A stretch of DNA of 45,742 nucleotides from a candidate division WOR-3 bacterium. Lineage in GTDB: Bacteria; Hydrothermota; Tepidihabitantia; Tepidihabitantales; Tepidihabitantaceae. This document shows positions 1 through 9,657 of this stretch, piece by piece; the stretch's first letter is position 1, and each line of letters opens with the position of its first letter. The stretch covers positions 1-45,742 of the forward strand of contig JBDRUH010000010.1 in NCBI GenBank assembly GCA_039801225.1, in the 5' to 3' direction. The notes beneath the pieces were generated by a model. It searched no databases. It was not told the origin of the DNA and saw only the letters and a program-made list of their open reading frames with translations. The position numbers and the translations under genes were made by a program.

Positions 1-227
1 AGAGAATCTGGCAACTCTTCTTGAAGGACTGTCCCAGACTTGCTCCTGATGTTTCGTTTAGGGAACTGGCAACCCGTTATCCTTTAACCGGCGGCAAAGT
101 CAAAAATGCGGTTATCAAGGCAGTAATTGCCGCTGCTCAGCAAGAACGACCAGTTACAATGGCTGACCTTGATATGATGGCAAAGGAGGAGATGGGAAAG
201 GAGTTGAAAAAGGAGATTGGGTTTTAA
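1..227 (+). CDS. AAA+ family ATPase, C-terminal fragment (5' end outside window)
   Basis: Frame is open from the window edge: RIWQLFLKDCP..DVSFRELATRYPLTGGKVKNAV..A resembles an AAA lid helix bundle; ends in the IGF tail common in these ATPases. Confidence 0.75.
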   Translation, partial: RIWQLFLKDCPRLAPDVSFRELATRYPLTGGKVKNAVIKAVIAAAQQERPVTMADLDMMAKEEMGKELKKEIGF

Positions 228-323
228 TCTGTGGGGATGAACTGGTGTCCAATTGAGGTTGTAGGGCAGGTAGAGAAATCTTAGGTTTTTTGCACCCAAG
301 GCTATTGTTCTAATCTGACTTTA

Positions 324-480
324 CCATCGCAAAAATTCTACCTATAGGTAGAAAAATAAGAAGGCGGTCCTGAGATGTTATTTTCCATATTTTCAATATG
401 TTAGGCGATTTTTACAGAATTTTAGACCCCAGCCCCTATACTGCCCCCTTTATAATTATTCCGGTTACCTCTTAAATTCC
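324..480. repeat. Copy A of a palindrome / 21-bp box / 12-bp-period element
   Basis: Perfect palindrome TTCTACCTATAGGTAGAA at 336-353 and box AGAATTTTAGACCCCAGCCCC at 416-436. Both are identical, inverted, to 29816-29833 and 29733-29753, with the same 62-nt spacing. Confidence 0.9.
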
Positions 481-727
481 CGGCGAGTTCTATTGCTCTG
501 AAGGTTCTTAGATTATCCATCTCCTTCGCCCGAAACGCAAAACCTGTAAGATAATTACGCTAAATCCATTATTCATTGTTTTTGTTAAACTTGCGGATAA
601 AACCTAAGTTCCTTATAAATTAACATGTTATAAAGTGAAAGAGCCAAATTCTAAAACATTTACCTAAACAATTTCTAAACGCATTTTTTTTATCATAAAT
701 TTAAAATTTAAGAAAGGAGTCTGGAAA

Positions 728-889
728 ATGAATAAAAAGGCACAATATCAAAAACCAGAACTAACCAAGCATAAGTCTCTGCGCAAATTGACTATGGCCG
801 CTTATAAGCAGGATTCTAATCCCAATTGTGCCAGCAGTTGCGCCTATTGTGCGGGCACCGGTGGTAACCCCACGATGAGCTGTACATAA
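728..889 (+). CDS. Small Cys-rich peptide (53 aa), putative RiPP precursor with lasso/RRE-type leader
   Basis: SD AAAGGAG upstream of ATG728. Translation: MNKKAQYQKPELTKHKSLRKLTMAAYKQDSNPNCASSCAYCAGTGGNPTMSCT. YxxPxL...LT leader; 4 Cys in the C-terminal part. Too short to appear in the ORF track. Confidence 0.75.
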   Translation: MNKKAQYQKPELTKHKSLRKLTMAAYKQDSNPNCASSCAYCAGTGGNPTMSCT

Positions 890-1154
890 TGAGATTGGCT
901 GCGGTTTTTTAGGAGAAGACAAAGTTATAGGACGAGAAGATTCTCAGGGAGATTAATAAGAAACCCAAAGGTATTAAAATTTACTTTGTTTTAGAAATTA
1001 GGCTAAGTAGCGATAAGCCTATTGTTTTGGGCTGATTTTCTCTCCATATAACTACCCAAAATAACTGCCGGGGAATGTCAGATTACATTTAATTCTTCAG
1101 GAGGCGGCTTAATAGAGCGCCAGGAACTATAAAACTGTGAACTGTAATTTGGTT

Positions 1155-2684
1155 TTATCTTGCCCAGGTAACCTTGTGCTGGGCGAGAGTGCCGCCACAG
1201 GAGAGGGTTATGACATAACTGCCGCGCCGGACAACCGCACCAGCGTCATTTGTCCCATCCCAGAGAACCGAATGATAGCCCGGGGGCTGGCTCGCTTCAA
1301 AGATTGTCTTAACCGGGCGCCCTAATAGGTCAAAAACCTCTGCCCGGACAATTCCTGCGCGGCGCAATAGATACTCTACCCGCAAGTTACCTTTTCGGAC
1401 TGTGGTTTGTGCCCGGACAATTTTAATCACCCCTTCCCGTCGGCGTTCCCTGATGCCGGTTGTCACTTCGCCCACAGAAAAAATTAGAATCGGATACTGG
1501 TTTGCTGGCAGAAAGAGGGCATTTTGAATTGCGGTTCGCTCTTCCCGAGTTAAAGGCATAGTTAGAAAACCACCAAGTCCAAGCGCCTGCGCCTGGATCA
1601 AAAGGTTGAAGGCAACAAAACCCGCCTCTTCCATCGTCTGATAGGAACTGGTGTCACCCGCACAGACGACAATATAGACCGGTGCGTTAGAAGGAATTCG
1701 GTTTGATGCCTGTCGCAGGTCCTGACGCCGGTCACCGCTGATAACCCTTTCCAGCCGGTGGTCTTTGGTGGTTAAGTTATTGCCCGGGGGCAGGCGGTTA
1801 TGATAGCGGTCAACCCCCTCTTCGTGCACCAAATAAATCTTGCCGGTAAGAAAGTAGCCAGCAATCGCACTGGGCACGGTCAGACCCTGGCGACCATTGG
1901 TGGTAGAATGAGGCGTTACGCCATAGCCTGCCCAGAGGAGTTGGGACATTGTCTCCAAAGAGAGCCCGATTGAGGAAAAAGTTGAGTCCTGCCGCAACTC
2001 CATCAGGAGCAGTTCAAATGTATCGGCGCCGGTAGTGTATGGCGCCGGCAGGCTGGTGTCGGAGGAAATAGCCACCAGCGTTGTATCCAATGGGTTCGCT
2101 GGGGCATTGCCAAAAACATTCACCATCATTATCGGATGTTCGGGTTGCCAGTTGCTGTTGGCGTAATCGGTCGCCCACTTCATCGGGCAGGAGACAACAT
2201 TGCCACCGGAAAAGTCAGAAAATGCCCTTCCTGCCAGTAGACCGGCTTGAATCGCCATTCCGGCGTATTCATGTCTCGGGGTGGCGATGCCCACCTCAAA
2301 CGCCGAACCGGAGTTGTAACGACGGTCACCGGCAAGATGAACGGTCAGAGTCCGGTCCATCGGGTTATACCGATAAACATTTTCCGGAGTGGCAACATAA
2401 AACTCCCGATAGTTTCCCCAGTAAGGCACCTGGCTCATCGCCCAGAGGACATTTGCCATCACCTCAACCGGTAGTTCGCCCTCAAACCCGGAATGAACCG
2501 AATAGCGGCTGTTGGCAAGGAGTTCAAAGGAGTGAGAATTAATTGTTGGCGCCGGTAAACTTTCCGAACGAAAGATATTGCCCCGAGCTAAAGACCGGTA
2601 GCCAGCGCCAGAACCAAAAGCCAATAGAAAAGCGGCAAAAAGCAAAACAATGGCAACCCTGAGGCGCCTTTTGGAGACAACCAT
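1155..2684 (-). CDS. Secreted/membrane-anchored nitroreductase (SagB/ThcOx-like) family protein with C-terminal FlgD-Ig-like domain
   Basis: N-terminal hydrophobic segment; two nitroreductase-like repeats (RYSVH..ANVLWAM; RQDSTF..SQLLWAGYG..TVPSA; EAGFVAFNLLIQAQALGLG); C-terminal VFDLLGRPVKTI..WDGTNDAG..GSY motif. Confidence 0.75.
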   Translation of the reverse strand: MVVSKRRLRVAIVLLFAAFLLAFGSGAGYRSLARGNIFRSESLPAPTINSHSFELLANSRYSVHSGFEGELPVEVMANVLWAMSQVPYWGNYREFYVATPENVYRYNPMDRTLTVHLAGDRRYNSGSAFEVGIATPRHEYAGMAIQAGLLAGRAFSDFSGGNVVSCPMKWATDYANSNWQPEHPIMMVNVFGNAPANPLDTTLVAISSDTSLPAPYTTGADTFELLLMELRQDSTFSSIGLSLETMSQLLWAGYGVTPHSTTNGRQGLTVPSAIAGYFLTGKIYLVHEEGVDRYHNRLPPGNNLTTKDHRLERVISGDRRQDLRQASNRIPSNAPVYIVVCAGDTSSYQTMEEAGFVAFNLLIQAQALGLGGFLTMPLTREERTAIQNALFLPANQYPILIFSVGEVTTGIRERRREGVIKIVRAQTTVRKGNLRVEYLLRRAGIVRAEVFDLLGRPVKTIFEASQPPGYHSVLWDGTNDAGAVVRRGSYVITLSCGGTLAQHKVTWAR

Positions 2685-2691
2685 ATATTGA

Positions 2692-2719
2692 ATTATACTA
2701 AATTCCCTTTTATTGTCAA
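2692..2719 (-). promoter_or_regulatory. Sigma70-type promoter, apparently leaderless
   Basis: TTGACA-N16-TATAAT followed 7 nt later by ATG2684. Confidence 0.7.
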
Positions 2720-2766
2720 GATTACCCGTTGCCTTAAAAAAGGAAGCGACCCGTTCTCAAGCAGGG

Positions 2767-2932
2767 AAGTCAAAACGAAGATTGCAAAAGTCAAAATGAT
2801 TTGAGACTTGCCCCCGCACCACGGTCATTCCGAGTTTGCCGAGAATCCTATTCCGACAGACATTGATGTCTGTCCTGCAGGCTTTGCTCGGAGCATTCTT
2901 TTGACTTCCCTGATTTGAACTCTGACTTTTGC
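2767..2932. repeat. Composite intergenic repeat (CAAAAGT/TTTTGAC heptamers flanking REP-like palindromes)
   Basis: aagtcaaaa..caaaagtcaaaatg on the left and ttttgactt..ctgacttttg on the right; GTCATTCCGAG motif (related to 30013-30022) and palindrome gacagacattgatgtctgtc between them. Confidence 0.55.
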
Positions 2933-3113
2933 CTATTTAAAAATCTATTGAATTTTTAAAATTAAAACCGGTTGAAAATCAATATTGACATTAAACCTTT
3001 GGGTTAACCTTAGCCTAAATCACCACCCTCAGCAATCTCATTTTCGCGCTGGTTTGCCATACAATCGCCAATAAATTTGACTGATAGAAAATAATCGCTA
3101 TAGTTTCTTTTCT

Positions 3114-4130
3114 GTGATTTCAGCAAAAGCAATTCGCTGGAGTGAAAGCCAGCAATACGGTTTTGTTACCGGGCGGGTCCGGGCGCTGGAGACTTTACTC
3201 CTTGACCGGGTTATGTACGAGCGGTTGATTCGGGCAGAAGGGGTGGAAGAGTTTGTTGCTCTCCTTAATACCACCCGCTATGGTGATTTTCTCCGTCTGG
3301 TGACGGAAGGTGATGTCCGAGAGGCGCTTTCTCTTGCTAGTGAGGAGAATTTCAATTTTATCCTTCAGTATGCCGCTGAGCGCTGGCTGCGTGACCTTTT
3401 ATGGTTAAACAGAGAGGTATTTAAACTTAAGATAATGCTGAAAAGTCGCTGGCAGGAGGGTCAGCCAACAGCCAACAGCCGCCTGCCAACTGCCGGATGG
3501 AAGAAAATTCCTGAGAGAGAAAGACGGTTGGCTGAAGTTGGCACTGCGGTTTTTCTGAAGGCAAAGGAAAGAAATGACCCGGCGGTGATAGACTTAGAAC
3601 TGGACCGGTTTACCCAAGAGATTGCTATGAGTTTGACCCAGGGGCAGGATTATGCCCGGGGCTATTATCGGCTCCTGGCGGATGTTACCAACATAAAAAC
3701 GCTTTTCCGGTTGAAGGTCCTGGGCGAGGAGGAGATTTTCCCCGATGCCTTTCTCCCTGGTGGTGAACTCTCACTTCAGTTACTTCTTCAAGTGTTAAAA
3801 ACCAATAATTTTGCCTTATTGAAAAAAAGCCGCTTCTGGGATTGGGTTCAGGCTGGGGTCCGGGCGCTGGGCAAATTGGGCATTCTGGAATCAAGAGAAC
3901 CGGCGCAAATGCCCGAAGAAGAGGGCTCGTTTCTGCCATTGGAACGCCAGGGCAGAGCGATATTGATTGATTATATCAATACCGCCCGGTTCGTAGCGCT
4001 GGGCTATGAACCGCTCTTACGATTTTATCTTTTGCGTGAGGAGGAGTTGAGAAATCTGCGGTTGCTGTATGCGGCAAAGGTTGCCGGTTTAGAGCCAAAG
4101 GAGTGCCAAGCAATGGTGGTTTATGGATAA
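3114..4130 (+). CDS. ntpC: V/A-type ATP synthase subunit C
   Basis: YGFVTGRVRALETLLL N-terminus and GYEPLLRFYLLREEELRNLR C-terminus; first gene of the C-F-A-B cluster. Confidence 0.85.
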   Translation: MISAKAIRWSESQQYGFVTGRVRALETLLLDRVMYERLIRAEGVEEFVALLNTTRYGDFLRLVTEGDVREALSLASEENFNFILQYAAERWLRDLLWLNREVFKLKIMLKSRWQEGQPTANSRLPTAGWKKIPERERRLAEVGTAVFLKAKERNDPAVIDLELDRFTQEIAMSLTQGQDYARGYYRLLADVTNIKTLFRLKVLGEEEIFPDAFLPGGELSLQLLLQVLKTNNFALLKKSRFWDWVQAGVRALGKLGILESREPAQMPEEEGSFLPLERQGRAILIDYINTARFVALGYEPLLRFYLLREEELRNLRLLYAAKVAGLEPKECQAMVVYG

Positions 4131-4488
4131 AACGGTAGCGGTGGTGGGACAAAAGGAACTGGTGCAACCTTTTCAGGCGGTAGGGGTGGATGTTTTTGTT
4201 ATCGAGCCTGGCGGCGATGTCCGAACGCAGGTGGAGGGGCTGGTAAGTCAAGGTTATCAGTTGATTTTCTTTACCGATGACCTGAGCGAGAAACTCCAGC
4301 CACTAATAGAACGATTCCGGACCAGCGCTTTCCCCTGCCTGGTGGCACTGCCTTTCACCTCACCCTTTGCTGGAGAAAACCGATTAAGGGATGCGGTCCG
4401 ACGGGCTTGTGGCGTTGACATATTGGGACCAGCATCCGGTGAGGAATCGCCCATCGCCCAAAATTCGCTAGCCAAGGAGAAAAAATGA
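4123..4488 (+). CDS. ntpF: V/A-type ATP synthase subunit F
   Basis: VAVVGQKELVQPFQAVGV..RRACGVDI; lies between subunits C and A. Confidence 0.88.
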   Translation: MDKTVAVVGQKELVQPFQAVGVDVFVIEPGGDVRTQVEGLVSQGYQLIFFTDDLSEKLQPLIERFRTSAFPCLVALPFTSPFAGENRLRDAVRRACGVDILGPASGEESPIAQNSLAKEKK

Positions 4489-6254
4489 ACGCCGGTAGGA
4501 TTGTAAAGGTTTCTGGTCCGTTGGTTGTTGCCGAAGGGTTGACCGGTTCAAAGATGTATGATATGGTGCGGGTTTCGGAAAAACGGCTTTTGGGTGAGAT
4601 AATCCAGTTGCAGGGTGATGAGGCGGCAATCCAGGTTTATGAAGATACCACCGGAATTGGTGTTGGTGAACCGGTCTATCCAACATTTGAACCCCTTTCT
4701 GTGGAACTGGGTCCGGGGCTCTTGGAGACAATTTATGATGGAATTCAGCGTCCCCTTGACTTGATTCAAAAGGAGGCGGGAAATTTCATCACCCGGGGAA
4801 TTGAGGCGCCCGCCCTTTCCCGGGAGAGGTATTGGCACTTTGTCCCCCTCGTGGAAAAGGGCACCGAGGTTTCGGGTGGTGATATTCTTGGTGAAGTGGC
4901 GGAGACGATTCTGGTGAAGCATCGGATTATGGTGCCACCCGGGATATCGGGAAAGGTGATTGAAATTAAGGAGGGCAATTTCCTTGTAACCGATGTGGTG
5001 GCGTTAATTGAGGAAAAGGGTGGCAAAACGATTGAATTGACGATGATGCAACGGTGGCCGGTGCGTCAGCCCAGACCGGTGCGGCAGAAACTACCGCCAA
5101 TAAAGCCGCTGATAACCGGTCAAAGGATAATTGACACATTTTTCCTGATTGCCAAAGGCGGCACCGCCTGTGTGCCCGGTCCTTTTGGCTCGGGAAAGAC
5201 GGTGATTCAGCATCAATTGGCAAAATGGTCTGACGCCGAGATTGTCATATTTGTCGGCTGCGGTGAGCGGGGGAATGAGATGACCGATGTTTTAATTGAG
5301 TTTCCCAAACTGAAGGACCCAAAGTCGGGCGAGCCTCTAATGAAGCGAACGGTGCTGATTGCCAACACCTCCAATATGCCGGTCGCAGCAAGAGAGGCTT
5401 CGGTTTATACCGCCATTACCATCGGCGAGTATTTCCGGGATATGGGCTATTCAGTAGCACTGCAGGCGGATTCAACATCCCGCTGGGCTGAGGCGATGCG
5501 GGAGATTTCCGGTCGTCTTGAGGAGATGCCGGGTGAGGAGGGGTATCCAGCATATCTGGCAACCCGGATTGCGGAGTTTTACGAGCGGGCCGGGCGAGTG
5601 GTCTGCCTCGGCAAAAACAACGGCAAGGAGATGGAGGGAACCTTGACGGTTATCGGCTCGGTCTCGCCACCCGGTGGCGACTTGAACGACCCGGTAGTCC
5701 AGGCGACATTAAGGGTGGTAAAGGTGTTCTGGTCGCTTGAGGATAAACTGGCGTTCCGGCGCCACTTTCCGGCGATATCCTGGTTGAGATCCTACTCCCT
5801 TTATACCGATGCGGTTGGTGAAGAGACACAGAGACTTGCCACATCCGAGTTCCCGGAAAACGCCCGTCGCGCCCTGGCGCTATTGCAAAAGGAGGCGGAA
5901 CTGGAGGAGATTGTCCGCCTGGTAGGCAAGGATACGCTTTCTCCTCAGGATCGGCTGGTCTTGGAAACCGCCCGTTCCATCCGTGAGGACTATCTGCACC
6001 AGAATGCCTTTGACGAGACCGATACCTACACATCATTAAAAAAGCAGGCATATATGCTTTCCGTGATTCTCTATTTTTACGATTTGGCGCAGACCGCTCT
6101 GGCTCAGGGTGCCGATATCAATGAGATTGAGCGACTACCGGTGCGCGAGCGAATTGCCCGAATGAAGTTTTTACCCGAAGAGGAGATTGGGGATGTGGTT
6201 ACGGTGCTGAAAGCACAGATTGAAAGTGAAATAAAAGGGGTGACAAGGAAATGA
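4485..6254 (+). CDS. ntpA: V/A-type ATP synthase subunit A
   Basis: Walker [41 protein letters not shown]. Confidence 0.97.
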   Translation: MNAGRIVKVSGPLVVAEGLTGSKMYDMVRVSEKRLLGEIIQLQGDEAAIQVYEDTTGIGVGEPVYPTFEPLSVELGPGLLETIYDGIQRPLDLIQKEAGNFITRGIEAPALSRERYWHFVPLVEKGTEVSGGDILGEVAETILVKHRIMVPPGISGKVIEIKEGNFLVTDVVALIEEKGGKTIELTMMQRWPVRQPRPVRQKLPPIKPLITGQRIIDTFFLIAKGGTACVPGPFGSGKTVIQHQLAKWSDAEIVIFVGCGERGNEMTDVLIEFPKLKDPKSGEPLMKRTVLIANTSNMPVAAREASVYTAITIGEYFRDMGYSVALQADSTSRWAEAMREISGRLEEMPGEEGYPAYLATRIAEFYERAGRVVCLGKNNGKEMEGTLTVIGSVSPPGGDLNDPVVQATLRVVKVFWSLEDKLAFRRHFPAISWLRSYSLYTDAVGEETQRLATSEFPENARRALALLQKEAELEEIVRLVGKDTLSPQDRLVLETARSIREDYLHQNAFDETDTYTSLKKQAYMLSVILYFYDLAQTALAQGADINEIERLPVRERIARMKFLPEEEIGDVVTVLKAQIESEIKGVTRK

Positions 6255-7675
6255 TCAAGGAGTTTCAGACCGTCCAGTCTATTGCCGGTCCGCTTTTATT
6301 AGTTGAAGGGGTAGAAGGGGCTAAGTATGCCGAACTGGTAGAGATAACCCTGCCATCGGGTGAAAAAAGGCGCGGGCAGGTTTTGGAGGTGGAGAGAGAC
6401 CGGGCGCTTATCCAGGTTTTTGAAGGCACCAGGGGGGTTGATGTGGCTAGTGCAAGGGTGCGTTTTCTCGCTCGGGGGATTGAACTTTCCCTCTCCCCTG
6501 ATTTATTGGGCAGGGTTTTCAATGGATTGGGTGAGCCGCGCGACGGCGGACCGCCGCTCATTCCTGAGAAGCGGGCGGACATTAACGGCGCACCGATCAA
6601 CCCTTATGCCCGGGAATACCCGAATGAGTTCATCCAGACTGGAATTTCAGCAATTGATGGTTTAAACACCCTTGTCCGGGGTCAGAAACTGCCGATATTT
6701 TCTGGTACCGGTCTGCCTCACAACCGGCTGGCAGCCCAAATCGCACGACAGGCAACTGTTTTGGCCCACAGCCGCCCAAATCGGGCGCCCGATTCCGGGC
6801 GACAGCCAAAAGCCGACAGCCGGTTTGCGGTTGTTTTCGGCGCTATGGGCATTACCTTTGAGGAGGCGGAGTTCTTCATTCAGGATTTCACCCGCTCCGG
6901 GGCAATAGCAAGGACGGTCTCTTTTTTGAACCTGGCTAACGAGCCGGCGATTGAGCGTATCGCCACACCGCGCACCGCCCTTACCGCCGCAGAATACCTG
7001 GCGTTTGACTTGGGAATGCATGTGTTAGTTATTCTCACCGATATGACCAACTACTGTGAGGCGCTGCGCGAGATCGCCGCAGCAAGAAAGGAGATTCCGG
7101 GGCGGCGGGGTTTTCCTGGCTATCTTTACACCGACCTCGCCTCAATATATGAGCGCTGCGGGCGGATAAAAGGGCTCCCGGGCTCCATCACCCTGATGCC
7201 AATTCTGACAATGCCTGAAGACGATAAGACCCATCCAATTCCTGACCTCACCGGATATATCACCGAAGGGCAGATAATCTTGTCCCGGCCACTTTATCAC
7301 AAAGGGGTCGTCCCACCAATTGATGTCCTGCCCTCCCTTTCCCGGTTAAAGGACAAGGGGATTGGTGCCGGCAAGACGAGAGAAGACCATGCCGATCTAT
7401 TCAATCAGCTATACGCCTGCTATGCCCGGGGTAAAGAGGCGGAGGAGTTGCAGGTGATTCTGGGCGAGGCGGCGCTCTCGGATATGGACCGGGTTTATTT
7501 AAAGTTTGCCCGGATGTTTGAAGAACGCTACATCTCGCAAGGGGAGAACGAAAACCGTTCCATAGAACAGACGCTTAACTTGGGCTGGGAGCTCCTGCGG
7601 GTCTTTCCGCGCTCAGAACTCAAACGGGTGCGCGAGGCTTATATTGAGAAATACTACCAAAGTTCAAAAGCATAA
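6251..7675 (+). CDS. ntpB: V/A-type ATP synthase subunit B
   Basis: [54 protein letters not shown]. Confidence 0.97.
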   Translation: MIKEFQTVQSIAGPLLLVEGVEGAKYAELVEITLPSGEKRRGQVLEVERDRALIQVFEGTRGVDVASARVRFLARGIELSLSPDLLGRVFNGLGEPRDGGPPLIPEKRADINGAPINPYAREYPNEFIQTGISAIDGLNTLVRGQKLPIFSGTGLPHNRLAAQIARQATVLAHSRPNRAPDSGRQPKADSRFAVVFGAMGITFEEAEFFIQDFTRSGAIARTVSFLNLANEPAIERIATPRTALTAAEYLAFDLGMHVLVILTDMTNYCEALREIAAARKEIPGRRGFPGYLYTDLASIYERCGRIKGLPGSITLMPILTMPEDDKTHPIPDLTGYITEGQIILSRPLYHKGVVPPIDVLPSLSRLKDKGIGAGKTREDHADLFNQLYACYARGKEAEELQVILGEAALSDMDRVYLKFARMFEERYISQGENENRSIEQTLNLGWELLRVFPRSELKRVREAYIEKYYQSSKA

Positions 7676-7715
7676 TATTTGACTTTATTTATTATTCTAA
7701 CTAATATTTATAGTT

Positions 7716-9536
7716 ATGCTTAGTAAAATGCGCCGGCGGGTAAAGGTAATATTTTTCATTGTTGCGGCAAGTTTTATCGCCGGATTTTTGATGAGTGAAG
7801 TATGGCAGTTGATTAAATCCCGGGAAGGGGGTTCAAGACACCACGCCGAAGCCGGGGTTGTGGGAATGTTCGGCAAGGAAAAGATGGGAATTGAGGAGTA
7901 TCGCCAAATCTACGAGTATATCGCCCATAAATACCGCCAGGACAGTCTGTTCCGCGATTTAACCAACGAGGATGAGATTCGGATAGAGCACCTCGCCTGG
8001 AACTACCTGATTCAGGAGAAAAACTGGCAGCGGATACTAAAAGAAACACATCTAGAAATTACTGATGGTGAACTAAATTGGATCATCTCCCGCTTCCCAC
8101 CCCAACAGTTACAAAATCATCCGGCGCTTATGACCGACGGTAAGTTTGACACGATGAAATACTACCAGGCGATGCGTAACCCGGAAAACCGACCACTCTT
8201 TGCCCGATATGCTCGGGAGACATATGAACAACTGCGCCCGCAGAAGTTACAGATATATATTGCGACCGCCATGCATTTCAATCCGGTGAAAATGGCCGAG
8301 GACCTTTACTTTGCCAATACCGTAGTCAACATCACCGCACTTTACTTTGGACCAAAGACATTTGCTGAAGAGCTGAAAAGTTATGAACCAACTCAAGAAG
8401 ACCTCCTTAAGTATTACCAGAAGCATAAACAGGATTTTACACCGAAAGAGGAAATCCGAGAACTTTCTTATGTATTCTTTCCTTTGCCGGTCACCGCTCA
8501 AGACTCCCAGAGTGCCCGGGAACGAATTGAGGATGTCTACCGCCGACTCCTTGCCGCTGACAGCGCAAGTTTTGAGGACAGTTTTGAGATGACTGCACTT
8601 TCCTTGGGCGATTTTGACCCCGATACCGTCTCGGCAAGATTTATCGCCGGGCAATTTAACCCCGAAACCGAGTCAATAGTTCGCCGGCTTAAACCAAGAC
8701 AGTGGACAAAACCGCTGGCAACGGAAAATGGCTGGCAGATAATTCTCTTAGATAGTGTGAAGGCTGATACCTTTTGGATTAGGCGCATCCGAACTCGGAT
8801 TAAGCCAGACCTCACCCGGGAGATGGCGGTTATAGACCAGGCCCGAGAGTTGATTGAACAGGCAAAGGTGGCAGGGTTTGAATCCAGCGCGGTGCGGCTC
8901 GGGCTCAAAATTTCACCTCTGCCAGCGCAGGTGGTAGAAAAAAAGTCCTCTGTCTTCGGCGTGATGGTTTACAACCCGACCCAACTGGTGGCATGGGCGA
9001 AAGAGGCTCGTCTGGGTGATGTAATAGAAATCCCCTGGCGGGCCCCAGGTGGGTTTTATGTGTTTGCCTTAAGGAAAATCATCCAACCAAAACCTGCTTC
9101 ATTTGACGAGGTGAAAGAAGTATTGAAAAAGATAGTTCGCCGGGAAAAAATAAATGAACTGGGGTTGAAAAAGGCAAACGAGGCAATGCTAGAGATTAAA
9201 GCGGGCAAGAGTCTGGAAGAGTATGCTGGTGAAAATCCCGAGGTGGAACTGATTAAGAAGGAGGTAAAGGGGTGCTTTGATAACGACCGAACGATGCGGG
9301 GCGTTGAATTTGTTGCTGCGGTCCTGGCACTTGAGCCGGGACAGACCGTTGGTCCAATTGAAACTCCCCGTGGCGTTTATATCATCCGTTGCGATGGTAA
9401 GAGGCAAAGTGAAGAGCCGATTCTTCCTCAAGAACACTACCTCAGTCAGAACCAAGAGGGGATGTTTCAAGAATTATTGCAAGAAATTACCAAAGAACCG
9501 GAGATAAAAGATTGGCGTCCACCGCGGGGTTATTGA
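7716..9536 (+). CDS. PpiD/SurA-like membrane-anchored periplasmic chaperone (parvulin-type PPIase family)
   Basis: MLSKMRRR plus TM anchor; SurA-N-like helical region; rotamase-like segments (KPLATENGWQIIL, GPIETPRGVYIIR). Confidence 0.8.
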   Translation: MLSKMRRRVKVIFFIVAASFIAGFLMSEVWQLIKSREGGSRHHAEAGVVGMFGKEKMGIEEYRQIYEYIAHKYRQDSLFRDLTNEDEIRIEHLAWNYLIQEKNWQRILKETHLEITDGELNWIISRFPPQQLQNHPALMTDGKFDTMKYYQAMRNPENRPLFARYARETYEQLRPQKLQIYIATAMHFNPVKMAEDLYFANTVVNITALYFGPKTFAEELKSYEPTQEDLLKYYQKHKQDFTPKEEIRELSYVFFPLPVTAQDSQSARERIEDVYRRLLAADSASFEDSFEMTALSLGDFDPDTVSARFIAGQFNPETESIVRRLKPRQWTKPLATENGWQIILLDSVKADTFWIRRIRTRIKPDLTREMAVIDQARELIEQAKVAGFESSAVRLGLKISPLPAQVVEKKSSVFGVMVYNPTQLVAWAKEARLGDVIEIPWRAPGGFYVFALRKIIQPKPASFDEVKEVLKKIVRREKINELGLKKANEAMLEIKAGKSLEEYAGENPEVELIKKEVKGCFDNDRTMRGVEFVAAVLALEPGQTVGPIETPRGVYIIRCDGKRQSEEPILPQEHYLSQNQEGMFQELLQEITKEPEIKDWRPPRGY

Positions 9537-9562
9537 CACAGAGTGGGTTGGGTTATTATATT
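9534..9562 (+). promoter_or_regulatory. Sigma70-type promoter of the tRNA operon
   Basis: TTGACA-N17-TTATAT about 20 nt before tRNA-Glu. Confidence 0.6.
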
Positions 9563-9581
9563 ATAGTCGATGGGACATTCT

Positions 9582-9654
9582 GGCCCCATCGTCTAGCGGT
9601 TTAGGACATCACTCTTTCAAGGTGAAGGCACCGGTTCGACTCCGGTTGGGGCCA
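9582..9654 (+). tRNA. tRNA-Glu(TTC)
   Basis: Cloverleaf GGCCCCA..TGGGGCC; anticodon loop CT-TTC-AA; T-loop GTTCGACTC; CCA not encoded. Confidence 0.95.
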
Positions 9655-9657
9655 AAT

